In this document: positions 8,401 through 15,766 of the stretch, piece after piece | Position numbering within the stretch: the first letter of the stretch is position 1 | Layout: each line of letters starts with the position of its first letter | Source of the DNA: Candidatus Woesearchaeota archaeon | GTDB lineage: Archaea > Nanobdellota > Nanobdellia > Pacearchaeales > GW2011-AR1 | Assembly: GCA_964546165.1 (NCBI GenBank) | Contig: CAZJIV010000003.1 | Location: forward strand, 1 to 37,049 | Length of the DNA stretch: 37,049 nt | Reading direction: 5' to 3' | Made by a program: the position numbers and the translations under genes | The notes under the pieces: generated by a model | What the model was told of the DNA's origin: nothing | What the model saw: the letters and a program-made list of their open reading frames with translations, nothing else | Databases searched by the model: none

Positions 8401-11400
8401 TCCAATAAATGTGTCTGCAAGCCCTTACTTTTGTTCAACGGTTGAATCAACATTCGCAATAAAATTCCAACACTATGACAATTTCCCTCTGACCACAGAT
8501 GGGATAGGGTTTGATGATATTAACGTGAGTTTTGATAAAACGACTATAAAGAAAGCTAATTTCACCTCCTACTCAATTAATACCTTGGATAGCATAACAA
8601 GAATCACAAATGTTACTTGGGATGAAAATGGAACAGGGATTGGGAAGAATATCACTGTTCAATTGAGTGCAGACAACGGGGCAAACTGGTACAATGCAAC
8701 AGAGGGTTCTGGACTAATTGTTTATCCTGGAAATGCTCTTCTTTACAGAGTTTTATTTGCTGCATCAAGACCAACTAATTTCACTTTTGGCAATTTGACT
8801 ATTAACTGGAGCAGCCAGGCAGTTTCTCTTCCAAATATAACAATTAATCACCCCATTAATGGTACCACTTTGAAGGATGTCACACCCACCTTAAATGTAA
8901 GTGTTAACCAAATTGTTAATGCTCTTTGGTACTCTGCTGATGGTTCTGCCAACAAGACAATGTGCGTTAATTGCAATGCTTCAATAACATACCTCCATTT
9001 GCCAGAGGGAAGCCATAGTGTTTTTGTATATGCAAATAATACTGCAGGACAGATATCTTCCAATAATGTATCTTTTTCAGTATATATGAATTACAGTTAT
9101 TATGATAATTATACGGACAACTCTTCTCTTGATCCCAGCAAAACAAATTATCTTATAAATTGGACTCCCGGTCAGATTGCTTTCAAAAAGGAACCACCAC
9201 AACAAAAGACATTTTTTGACGGTTTTGAATCAGGGATAATAAGTTCAAACTGGACAACTTATGAAAGTAGTACGTTTGGGGAAATACTTGTGGATTCATC
9301 AAATGGACCTTATGATGGCACCTTCCAGGCTTTGATGGATTCTACAGCCAATAATAACTATGCACTTGAGGAACTTATAACAAATTATGATTTTTCCGGA
9401 GCCGAAAATATTGTGTTGACTTTTGCTGAAAAAGAATTCACCGATGAAGATAATCCTTGCCCTGCAACTTGGACAGGACATAATAATTGCGATGGCGTTG
9501 CATTCACGTGTGATGGAAATACTTGGCACCTACTTTACAATCTTGTTGGGAGCAACAGCACTAATACTTATGGAATAAAAGGGCCAATTAACATATCTTC
9601 TAATCCTAATTTCTGTTCTCAGATTAATTCCTCTTTTGCTGTGAAGTTCCAACACTATGACAATTTCCCTGTCACTAGTGACGGAATAGCATTTGATGAT
9701 ATTAATTTGAGTTGGGACGTGCCAACTGTGAATGCTGCAAATTTTACTTCTTATTCGATAAGCACTCTTAGTAAGATAAGGGGAATCACAAATGTTACTT
9801 GGGGAACTAGTGGAGCGAGTTCCGGAAATAATATAACGGTTCAGCTTAGCGCTAATAATGGTGCAGACTGGTTTGATGCAACCAATGGACAGAATGTAAC
9901 CCTTGGAACTGCGTCAGGAAACAATTTGCTTTATAGGGTTTTTTTCAATGCATCAAATACAAATCAATTTTCCTTAAACAATATGACAATAAACTGGACT
10001 GACTTTGGCTTGCCTTCCATTGTTATAACATCTCCTCTTAATAAGACTTATCAGGTGAATGTTACACATCTTGATTATGTTATAACGGGCAGTAACTTAA
10101 GTTCCTGTTGGTATAGTCTTAATGGAGGAGCAACAAACCATACAATGAGCTGCACAGGGAGCACTGTCAGCGGAATTGGGGCTGCTGAAGGTTCTAACAC
10201 ATGGATTGCCTATGTGAATAATACTGGAGGGTATCTAGCTTCATATCCTGTGACTTTCTTTGTTGATACGCAAAAACCAAATCTTACATTAAACGCTCCT
10301 GATAACAACACGCAATTTAGTACAGGAACAGTGCAATTTAATTGGACTGCTGATGATAATCTTGATTCAAGTCCGTTATGTAATCTTACTGTTGGTGGAA
10401 TCCAGAGAGCTTCAATTTCTTCAACTGCAGGAACCCCTATACTCTATAATGTAACAGGGCTAACAAATGGGAATTATAATTGGTATGTTGTATGTTCAGA
10501 TGAAGCCGGGAATACAAATACTAGTGGGACGCGAAAGTTTAACATTAATATTCAGACAGTTTTGAAACAGGTTGTTACGGGCTCAGGAACAACATCAGGA
10601 GCAGTTACATATGTGACTCTCCCTACCCCTTTATCAAATATTTCAAAAGCATTTTCAGTGATAAGCTATTCACATACTATTTCAAATTCTTTTGAGAATA
10701 CATTCAAGTCTTCAAAATTAATTAACACAACGACTTTAGCAATTTATGCTGCTGGAGCAGCTTCTCCTGTTAGTTTCCGTTATGCTATTTTTGAATTCAC
10801 TCAAGACAGTCCAATCAATGTTCAGCGTATTACGATGACAATTCCGACCGGTCCAACCCTCCCCCAATACTTTAATATCCCAAGCCCTGTTAATATGTCA
10901 ACGTCCTTCATGATTTATGAAGGCCTTACGCACTATGGGACTTACAGCAATGTTGGTTCACGTTCTTATAACAGAAATAGACTTCTTAATTCAACCACTG
11001 TAGAATATAATGTTGGGGCTGCACCGAATACAGGACCCCAGAATGATACTGTTGAGGTTGTTGACTGGAAAGATTCAAAGTTGGTTGACAGTGTTCAGAG
11101 TGGTTTAACTGCACTTGCAACAACCGCGACTTCTACGACAGTCACACCTCCTATTTCTGTGGATCCAAACAGAACTTTGCTTTTCATAGATTACATGACT
11201 GGCAGTGGGAGCGCATTTACGGAACCACCTTCGCAATTAGGTGTTAGGGCAAATCTTGACAGCAATGGACACATAACTCTTGATCGTTCTTCGACGGGAG
11301 CGCAGGTTCTGATTTACTGGCAACTTGTTGAATTCAAATCAGGGCATGTTCAAGTTCAGCATGTGCAAGGGGATTTCTCGAATGGTCAAGGCACAAAAAA

Positions 11401-14400
11401 CTTTATTTTGCAGACACCTGTTGATACAAGCAGGAGTGCTGCATTTGGAACAACCATGGAACCTTTCGGACTTTCAGGTGCGATGTCTTCTGATACGACA
11501 GGCGGAGATATAAACAGTGCTATGTTCTCAATTTATCTTGTTAATAGCAGTTATGTAAGAGCAACTAGAGGGAGTACGACCGGGACGGCCAGTGTGGGGA
11601 TGCAGGTTCTGTACTTTACAGGAGCACCAACAATTTCAAACGTTAATGCAAGCACCGTAACAAATACAGGAGCTACAATTACTTGGGATACAAATGTGGA
11701 TTCTAACTCAACTGTGAATTATTTACTTCCAAATGGAACTGCCCTTTCTGCATCAGATCCCTTCTTAGTTACGAGCCATTCAGTTCCAATCACAGGATTA
11801 TCTGCAAATACAACTTATTATTATAATGTGACCTCGTGCAATGCAAATGGATGTTCAAATCAGACAGGATTCAATTTCACAACAACAATAACTCCTCCCA
11901 CTGCACCGGTTGTTTATCTGTTGAATCCTGCAAACAATGCTTTTTCAAATGTTTCGACCGTCGAATTTTCGTATAACACAACAGATGTAAATAACAATAT
12001 TGCTAATTCAACACTTATTTTGAACAATGTAAAAAATCAAACTAATCAATCTGTGATTGTTTCTTCTGCTGTCAATAATTTTACAGCCTCTCTGCCTGAT
12101 GGAATCTACAACTGGACTGTGAATGTTACAGATAAAACTAATTTAGTTGGGACGAGCAGCACTCAGAGAAAACTTACTGTTGATACTCATGCGCCTTACA
12201 GCATAACTGTTAATTATCCTCCAAACAATACCATATTTTATTCTTCATATGTGGATATAAATTTCACAGTTTTGGATAATCTGGCTTCAACCTTAAAGTG
12301 TAATTTAATTGCCAACAACAATGTCATAGACACTAATTCGAGTGTGAAAAATAATACAGTAACTACCTTTGCAGAATTCTTAGTTGTTGGGAACTATTTA
12401 TGGAATATTACCTGTTTTGATGGAGCAAACAATTCAATTACAAGTTCATTGTATAATATCACTGTATTTGATGTTCCTCCTGAAGTGAATTTAGTGACTC
12501 CAAATAATACATATTTCAACACCTCCAATGTTGGATTGGCTTATAACACTTCAGACAATAATGGAGTTGTTTTGGCGAAACTTATCTTGAATGGGACTGT
12601 AAATGCCACAAATCAGTCTGTGATAGTCAATGGTTCTACTAATTATTTCAACGTAACTTTGCCAGAAGGATTCTACAACTGGACTGTTAATGTAACAGAT
12701 ACAAGTGGATTAAATTCAACAAACGCAAGCAGATACTTCACTGTTGATTTGCATCCTCCACAAGTTAATCTTAACCTTCCTGCGAATGGTACCAGCGTAA
12801 ATTTCTCCACCTTAAATTTCAATTTTACAGCGATTGATAATTTTGCAAAGAACATGTCTTGTAATTTTACATTTGGAGATACCCATGTCATAAACATCTC
12901 TGCTCAAAATGATACTCTTACAGATTTCCAGGTTAATTTGACTAACGGGATAAATAATTGGTATGTTGCTTGTTCAGATAATGCAGGAAATACAAATACG
13001 AGCGAGTCAAGATGGCTTAATGTTTCAGAACCTCCTACAATAAATCTTACAACATTGAATAATACTAATTTCAATACTTCAAGCATCTCCCTCCATTACA
13101 TCCCTCATGACAATCAAGGCATAGATGTTTGTTCTCTTTATCTTGACGGTTCTCTTAATCAGACCACTGGCCCCGGAGAAGTTACAAATGATGTGGATAA
13201 TCAATTTACAATTGGCAGTATCTCCCAAGGATACCATACATGGTATATTATCTGTAATGATTCTTTTGGTCTGCAGACCCAAAGTGTGACAAACCGGTTT
13301 TTAGTGAACCTTGGAAATATTAAGATTACATTGCTTGCTCCTCCTGATGGCGCAAATATATTCTCAGACACTGTGAATTTCAGTTATAATGTTACTGAAA
13401 ACATAGACCCAACTCTTGATTGTAACATTACAGTAAACAATATTGTCCTTGATAATTATACTGCAACTGCTGGAGCAATAACAAATCGCTCTGTTAAGTT
13501 CCTGAGCGGTGGAACAAAATTCTGGAATGTTACCTGTATTGATAGCGCTTACAATGTTAACACCTCTGTGACGAGAAACTTCACGCTTGCATTCCCTCCG
13601 GTTGTTTCACTGATAAGTCCTGTGAATGGAACTGCAGTGAATAGCTCTGCTGTTGTTTTGAAGTATAATGCTTCAGACCCAAACCTTAACATTGCAAATG
13701 CAACTTTGATCCTGAATGGAATTGCAAACCAGACAAATCAAAGTGTTATAGTTAATGGACAGATAAGTAATTTCACATTAAATCTCAGTGATGGAAATTA
13801 TAATTGGACTGTGAATGTAACAGATACGACTAATCTTCTTGGAACAGCTAATACTACAAACTTTACTGTTGATACTCATCCGCCAAACGTGACTTTGAAT
13901 TCTCCTGCAAACGGTAGCACGCAGACATGGAATAATCTTACGTTGAATTTCACTGTTAGAGATAATCTTGCTCAGAGCACGCTTTGTAACATTTACATAA
14001 ACGGAACTTTAAATAAAACTGGTGTTGTTGCGCAAAACAATTCCAATACGATTTCATATGTAATTGAACATGATGGAAATTACAGTTGGAATGTTCTTTG
14101 TAACGATTCTGCAAATAATACCGGAGCTAGCCCGGTTGTTAATTTCAGCATCAAAGCTCCGCCAAATGTCACACTTGTAAATCCTCCTGATGGAAATTTG
14201 ACAAACTCAAGCCATATACAATTTGAATACATAGGGGATGATCCTATTGGGCTTGCAAACTGTTCCTTGATATTTGACGGAGCAATTAATGATACTGTTA
14301 ATAATGTTGACAGCAACATAGTCAATGTCTTCAATGTCTACGGGGTTCCTCAAGGAGTTCATAATTGGACTGTTGGATGTACTGATGTTGACGGAAATTT

Positions 14401-15649
14401 CTTTGCTCCTCCTAACAGAACTTTGACAGTGGACCAGAGCCCCCCTGTAATTAATTTGGTTTATCCTCTGAATAATTCCGGAATTTATTTTGGAGGTGGA
14501 ACCTTAGTTTTGAAGTGGTTCGCAAATGATACTTACGATTCTGTTATTAAGTGCAATGTATATGTGGACGGTTCCCTCAAAACACCAAACAAACTTGTAA
14601 CGAGCGGAGTTCTTGCAACACAAATTGAAACTCTCAGTCTTGGATATCATTACTGGAATACCACTTGCTGGGACAGGTCCTACAATTATAATTCGAGCAC
14701 ACCTTATTATTTTAATTTCACTTATCCGGATTTTGTGATTAACGGAAGCAGCATTTCAGTGAATGATACAGCTCCCAAAGAAAATTCCACGATACAGATT
14801 AATGTTACTGTATTCAACAAAGGCGGAGCTGATGCTTCAAATGTCAAGGTAAGTTTGTTTAATGGAAATCCTGATTTGGGTGGAACACAAATAGGAACTA
14901 ATCACACACTATATCTTGCCCATAATAGTTCAAATAAGACATCTTTTGTATGGGCTGCTTCAATCGGAACTACGCAACTCTTTGCGGTTGTTGACCCTCC
15001 TCTTGCAACAAACGGTTCTTTCCATGAATGGAATGAAAGCAACAATGAATTCAGCAAAAACATTACGGTTGGAAGCTGGCAGTTTATCTATGGGAAAATA
15101 AATACTTCAAGCAATTTCCAACTCGCCGATAGTTCAAATTCATCTTTGCAGGATTGGGCATCTAATCTTGTCAACAATGGAAATATCTTTGTTACAGATT
15201 CTGATTCGTCGATTGACTGGACTGCCTTGGTTGCTCTTGGAAAATACATTAACGGTACAAGTACTACAAATGATTTCTCTGATGTAGACAGCCTTTTGGG
15301 AATGACCGGATTCAACGATTCTGTTACAAATATTTATACGAATTCAGGAACTCCAAAAAACACAACAGACTTTAATGTTTTTGGCAGTCCTATTACCGGA
15401 GTTCCTATTGCAGACTCCATAAACAATTCAAACTTTACTACCGGGATTTTCTGGGACGGGTCTGATGATGTTTCTTCAGACGGACAGTTCGATGTTTCTG
15501 ACAAAGAGGATTTGGTATTTGGCTCCAAGATACATCGGAATACCCAAGGAACTTTTGGAGTTTATGATTATGAGATAAGAGTTCCGGCTAAACTTAGGAG
15601 TTATCACGGAGGTTCTTCTCCGGGAGTGATTTATGTTGAACTTGGTTAA
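2411..15649 (+). CDS. giant (4,412 aa) multidomain cell-surface adhesin-like glycoprotein
   Basis: Uninterrupted 13,239-nt ORF with a GGAGGTG SD at 2400-2406. N-terminal hydrophobic signal/anchor (LSAATVGVAVILALVIFVLLPVLSS). Modular beta-rich domains are listed as separate features. N-x-S/T sequon density is very high. No C-terminal TM or sorting signal. Confidence 0.95.
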   Translation: MNKKSMYRLSAATVGVAVILALVIFVLLPVLSSQPISKSSYTLGENVKIDLSGQNVSVKIITPSTSYVVRASGSFIFQPNETGMYHVIFGNETQIFTVVDNGQFENVSQESNQFSNQSEIPNGEVVPPGYSSQIVLGQPVVWRKSLEQNSSGTVNLTLPPEAKNIDVNRFNGEKVEKANFKVSGSQDFSLLESIVNFITNNPSNKTNQSVNVNVTDNSTYQVEYETPAPYSVESDLKNGKRVKMVDPTNLYYQNVLSFTNLPESLNITNPSNVKIYWVENKSYIPAKSVVDTNGDGIYDYVEWITPHLSNETFDIIVASQAEHLDANRTFVSDIYNQIKSLDGVWSETIPDGDFVRVTFEKNLTNANDITLFPKIISGTPKIVVYEKNKTVPVAEFNSLLNDTYNIVSLLNLNGTQDVFDLQVLNGSVQFDEIVDPTAKVVYNTSGTFNFTVPAGITNVTIKAWGAGGGGGSGGGAGLTGGTGGAGGFAQATVTVTPGNNLTVVVGSGGGPGGAGSQAAGAGGGGGGVTGVFNGAMTQTNALTVAGAGGGGGGGDNSAVNGGAGGAGGGTSGVAGTAAGTGGGGGAGTQTGGGAAGSGAGSPTAGSALTGGNGGIGQGTAGTGGGVAGTPNGGTGGNDGSFSGGGGAGGAGYFGGGGGGTNSGGANSGGGGGGGSGRVTGTSTTLTAGSGTSVANSGDTDYQSGFGVGGSAGAGNNGPGGNGGSGLIVISYIYSNPTITWNDSTVDFGTHLQSGGNRSNSTLIYSGGTNDNVAVSCSSGDCSSITTNFTSLSLTSGQSSRVYFTCSNVTSGSFSAVYGVTSDQSPFPDTITVSCSMLPPPWYNTTFNYCKNITIVNSGTTALTNFPSYVNITNFTNMDPTLDDLRFVNTFCNNSGSALPFEIESRDSNHADAWVLTNLSTGNTTISVYYGNTTSVSSVQNASAVWGSSYIGVWHLQNSSGSLNVTDASITGNDGTNSGATLTSGLIDGAGSFNGASSYVSLPNSLTSSNEFTVSAWFKTTANGVIFSEQNTAYSGTPSSWDPVMYVESTGLLHGGIYTGSIPALESSSAVNDGNWHRGTVIVDTANANQSLFVDGSYVGSASGTPETAASTYYYLGTGYTNSWTNTNNGWYFFNGAIDQVELSSSLLSSSWIKQSYNAEADAGSYTFFGNEILAPTVNRPPTTPTNIQCNGNNNCNININDTVTLKASGSTDSEGDAITYVLEASLENDTTTLNSTGASLSGEGAPTTTAYTSAGTNSFVVPTGVTNVVVKAWGAGGAGGSGGSDPTNGQGGNGAGGGFATSNLSVSAGQTLNVLVGGAGQPGVVAGTTTAAGDGGGGGGRSEINRSGTVLLVAAGGAGGGGGDNSAGGGSQPGGAGGVGGGTTGGAGTPSNNAGAGGGGTQSSGGAAGTGGATSGTAGSARTGGRGGDNSAGTTGNGGTGGLGGGGNGGQASSSAYGGGGGGGAGYYGGGGGASSAAGDGGAGGGGGGSSYVTGLDTSTSSGSGQNAGNNIDTDYLTYSSNAGHGGPGASYCTDGSCVGTSGTDGLVVLSYITVTGNDTNSSYVTYNNVGSDYHLVTKITVTVNVTGYDPRVSAGYSDNKPDLWVEAYNGGSWISLGKLNLPSLYTGSGINTTAKNFSVITTTPSVLDSWNDTSNQDIRIKAIYMDTNSSSADKINYSNVWVSIEGHKWAVIGNHSESGSFVWNTTSVPPQTGVDLRARAIDLNGSDSYSDYYTKDSFMSIKNNYPPTVAISYPVNGSTMRDVTPLLDVSTNDTVNALWYSVNGGTNQTLCTFCTGEYLVKYLHLPEGINTVTAYVNDTIGRIGKYSSSFNISLNDSYYDNYTDNSSIAQINGVVWNPGRVNYESETLEHGTFFDGFESGLLSSNWTTYTDNTYGEILVDSSNGPYDGSYQVLMDSSTNNNYALEELITNYDFSGASNIMLNFAEREWADEDNPCPATWSGHNDCDGVAFTCDGTNWYLLYNLVGSNSTSTYDLKGPINVSASPYFCSTVESTFAIKFQHYDNFPLTTDGIGFDDINVSFDKTTIKKANFTSYSINTLDSITRITNVTWDENGTGIGKNITVQLSADNGANWYNATEGSGLIVYPGNALLYRVLFAASRPTNFTFGNLTINWSSQAVSLPNITINHPINGTTLKDVTPTLNVSVNQIVNALWYSADGSANKTMCVNCNASITYLHLPEGSHSVFVYANNTAGQISSNNVSFSVYMNYSYYDNYTDNSSLDPSKTNYLINWTPGQIAFKKEPPQQKTFFDGFESGIISSNWTTYESSTFGEILVDSSNGPYDGTFQALMDSTANNNYALEELITNYDFSGAENIVLTFAEKEFTDEDNPCPATWTGHNNCDGVAFTCDGNTWHLLYNLVGSNSTNTYGIKGPINISSNPNFCSQINSSFAVKFQHYDNFPVTSDGIAFDDINLSWDVPTVNAANFTSYSISTLSKIRGITNVTWGTSGASSGNNITVQLSANNGADWFDATNGQNVTLGTASGNNLLYRVFFNASNTNQFSLNNMTINWTDFGLPSIVITSPLNKTYQVNVTHLDYVITGSNLSSCWYSLNGGATNHTMSCTGSTVSGIGAAEGSNTWIAYVNNTGGYLASYPVTFFVDTQKPNLTLNAPDNNTQFSTGTVQFNWTADDNLDSSPLCNLTVGGIQRASISSTAGTPILYNVTGLTNGNYNWYVVCSDEAGNTNTSGTRKFNINIQTVLKQVVTGSGTTSGAVTYVTLPTPLSNISKAFSVISYSHTISNSFENTFKSSKLINTTTLAIYAAGAASPVSFRYAIFEFTQDSPINVQRITMTIPTGPTLPQYFNIPSPVNMSTSFMIYEGLTHYGTYSNVGSRSYNRNRLLNSTTVEYNVGAAPNTGPQNDTVEVVDWKDSKLVDSVQSGLTALATTATSTTVTPPISVDPNRTLLFIDYMTGSGSAFTEPPSQLGVRANLDSNGHITLDRSSTGAQVLIYWQLVEFKSGHVQVQHVQGDFSNGQGTKNFILQTPVDTSRSAAFGTTMEPFGLSGAMSSDTTGGDINSAMFSIYLVNSSYVRATRGSTTGTASVGMQVLYFTGAPTISNVNASTVTNTGATITWDTNVDSNSTVNYLLPNGTALSASDPFLVTSHSVPITGLSANTTYYYNVTSCNANGCSNQTGFNFTTTITPPTAPVVYLLNPANNAFSNVSTVEFSYNTTDVNNNIANSTLILNNVKNQTNQSVIVSSAVNNFTASLPDGIYNWTVNVTDKTNLVGTSSTQRKLTVDTHAPYSITVNYPPNNTIFYSSYVDINFTVLDNLASTLKCNLIANNNVIDTNSSVKNNTVTTFAEFLVVGNYLWNITCFDGANNSITSSLYNITVFDVPPEVNLVTPNNTYFNTSNVGLAYNTSDNNGVVLAKLILNGTVNATNQSVIVNGSTNYFNVTLPEGFYNWTVNVTDTSGLNSTNASRYFTVDLHPPQVNLNLPANGTSVNFSTLNFNFTAIDNFAKNMSCNFTFGDTHVINISAQNDTLTDFQVNLTNGINNWYVACSDNAGNTNTSESRWLNVSEPPTINLTTLNNTNFNTSSISLHYIPHDNQGIDVCSLYLDGSLNQTTGPGEVTNDVDNQFTIGSISQGYHTWYIICNDSFGLQTQSVTNRFLVNLGNIKITLLAPPDGANIFSDTVNFSYNVTENIDPTLDCNITVNNIVLDNYTATAGAITNRSVKFLSGGTKFWNVTCIDSAYNVNTSVTRNFTLAFPPVVSLISPVNGTAVNSSAVVLKYNASDPNLNIANATLILNGIANQTNQSVIVNGQISNFTLNLSDGNYNWTVNVTDTTNLLGTANTTNFTVDTHPPNVTLNSPANGSTQTWNNLTLNFTVRDNLAQSTLCNIYINGTLNKTGVVAQNNSNTISYVIEHDGNYSWNVLCNDSANNTGASPVVNFSIKAPPNVTLVNPPDGNLTNSSHIQFEYIGDDPIGLANCSLIFDGAINDTVNNVDSNIVNVFNVYGVPQGVHNWTVGCTDVDGNFFAPPNRTLTVDQSPPVINLVYPLNNSGIYFGGGTLVLKWFANDTYDSVIKCNVYVDGSLKTPNKLVTSGVLATQIETLSLGYHYWNTTCWDRSYNYNSSTPYYFNFTYPDFVINGSSISVNDTAPKENSTIQINVTVFNKGGADASNVKVSLFNGNPDLGGTQIGTNHTLYLAHNSSNKTSFVWAASIGTTQLFAVVDPPLATNGSFHEWNESNNEFSKNITVGSWQFIYGKINTSSNFQLADSSNSSLQDWASNLVNNGNIFVTDSDSSIDWTALVALGKYINGTSTTNDFSDVDSLLGMTGFNDSVTNIYTNSGTPKNTTDFNVFGSPITGVPIADSINNSNFTTGIFWDGSDDVSSDGQFDVSDKEDLVFGSKIHRNTQGTFGVYDYEIRVPAKLRSYHGGSSPGVIYVELG
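3728..4610 (+). other. glycine-rich domain, copy 1 (within the giant CDS)
   Basis: Opens VVYNTSGTFNFTVPAGITNVTIKAWGAGGGGGSGG. About 250 aa of G/A/S/T-rich low complexity follow. Closes GGNGGSGLIVISYIY. The DNA is locally GC-rich (GGC/GGT/GGA runs) in an AT-rich gene. Confidence 0.8.
4925..5925 (+). other. DUF2341-like plus LamG/concanavalin-A-like lectin module (within the giant CDS)
   Basis: WYNTTFNYCKNITIVNSGTTALTNFPSYVNIT...LRFVN...LPFEIESRDSNHADAWVLTNLSTGNTTISVYYGNT matches my memory of DUF2341. GVWHLQNSS...DASITGNDGTNSGATLTSGLIDGAGSFNGASSYVSLP...FTVSAWFKT...GNWHRGTVIVD...LFVDGSYVGS resembles LamG-type jelly rolls. Confidence 0.6.
6158..7070 (+). other. glycine-rich domain, copy 2 (within the giant CDS)
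   Basis: Opens AYTSAGTNSFVVPTGVTNVVVKAWGAGGAGGSGG and closes GTSGTDGLVVLSYIT. It has the same architecture and boundary motifs as copy 1. Confidence 0.8.
7640..10009 (+). repeat. tandem duplication of a 1,185-nt (395-aa) two-domain unit inside the giant CDS (7640-8824 and 8825-10009)
   Basis: The two units run in parallel. Examples: PVNGSTMRDVTPLLDVSTNDTVNALWYSVNGG / PINGTTLKDVTPTLNVSVNQIVNALWYSADGS. Also FFDGFESGLLSSNWTTY...DEDNPCPATWSGHNDCDGVAFTCDG...KFQHYDNFPLTTDGIGFDDINVSF / FFDGFESGIISSNWTTY...DEDNPCPATWTGHNNCDGVAFTCDG...KFQHYDNFPVTSDGIAFDDINLSW. Confidence 0.9.
10553..11620 (+). repeat. four divergent ~85-90-aa repeats of an unrecognised beta-type module (within the giant CDS)
   Basis: The units end ...VSFRYAIFEF, ...NDTVEVVDW, ...AQVLIYWQLVEF and ...ASVGMQVLYF. 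Three of them open with VQ (VQRITMT, VQSGLTA, VQVQHVQ). Sequons are sparser here than in flanking regions. Confidence 0.5.
11621..11890 (+). other. fibronectin type III domain (within the giant CDS)
   Basis: GAPTISNVNASTVTNTGATITWDTNVDSNSTVNY...VPITGLSANTTYYYNVTSCNANGCSNQTGFNFTT is a classic FN3 pattern (ITWxT ... GLxxxTxYY). Confidence 0.75.
11891..14722 (+). repeat. array of alternating Ig-like modules, about five ~190-aa two-module units (within the giant CDS)
   Basis: A-type modules carry NQSVIV...(D/E)G.YNWTVNVTD...FTVD(T/L)HxP, with YNWTVNVTD coded near 12105, 12672 and 13797 and variants near 13230 and 14361. B-type modules carry DNLA...CN...WN(I/V).C.D.A.N. A similar pair lies at 10010-10552. 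Confidence 0.75.
14723..15070 (+). other. CARDB-like domain (within the giant CDS)
   Basis: YPDFVINGSSISVNDTAPKENSTIQINVTVFNKGGADASNVKVSLFNG...TSFVWAASIGTTQLFAVVDP...EWNESNNEFSKNITV follows the CARDB pattern (V.N.G...A..V.V.....ExNExNN). Confidence 0.65.
15071..15646 (+). other. C-terminal ~190-aa domain of the giant protein, homologous to the two downstream stand-alone proteins
   Basis: It shares motifs at the start, middle and extreme C-terminus with ORFs 15841-16638 and 16704-17480 (alignment given in findings). No family recognised. Confidence 0.75.
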
Positions 15650-15711
15650 AATGGGAGAAATGAAGAGTATGGTTGACAGATTGGCTTTAAAAGATTTTTG
15701 TAATGGCAATC

Positions 15712-15749
15712 TTTTTACGACGACAAATTTTCCTTTCTTTCCCTTTTTC
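15712..15749 (+). terminator. oligo-T tracts downstream of the giant gene (candidate archaeal terminator)
   Basis: T5 at 15712-15716 and the T-rich run TTTTCCTTTCTTTCCCTTTTT at 15728-15748, about 60-100 nt after the stop. Archaeal termination commonly uses T-tracts. Confidence 0.35.
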
Positions 15750-15758
15750 TGGGAAACA

Positions 15759-15766
15759 TTTATAAA
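15759..15766 (+). promoter_or_regulatory. TATA box (TTTATAAA) preceded by purine-rich GAAA(CA), for the 15841 gene cluster
   Basis: Consensus octamer 75 nt upstream of the ATG at 15841. It is followed by a 7-bp hairpin (ACAGTAG-6 nt-CTACTGT, 15790-15809). A strong SD GGAGGTG lies at 15824-15830. Confidence 0.5.

Noticed and set aside
11891-14722. Possible CRISPR-like or intergenic repeat array suggested by the recurring ~24-nt AACTGGACTGTGAATGT(T/A)ACAGAT
   Set aside because: The repeats are in-frame codons for YNWTVNVTD inside protein modules. Their spacing of 567/1125 nt equals module lengths. No short unique spacers or cas genes are present.
2746-15709. About 20 short antisense or out-of-frame ORFs (60-84 aa) scattered within the giant gene
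   Set aside because: All are embedded in a long, motif-rich, uninterrupted CDS. They have no SD or TATA signals and odd compositions. Such ORFs are expected by chance in 13 kb.
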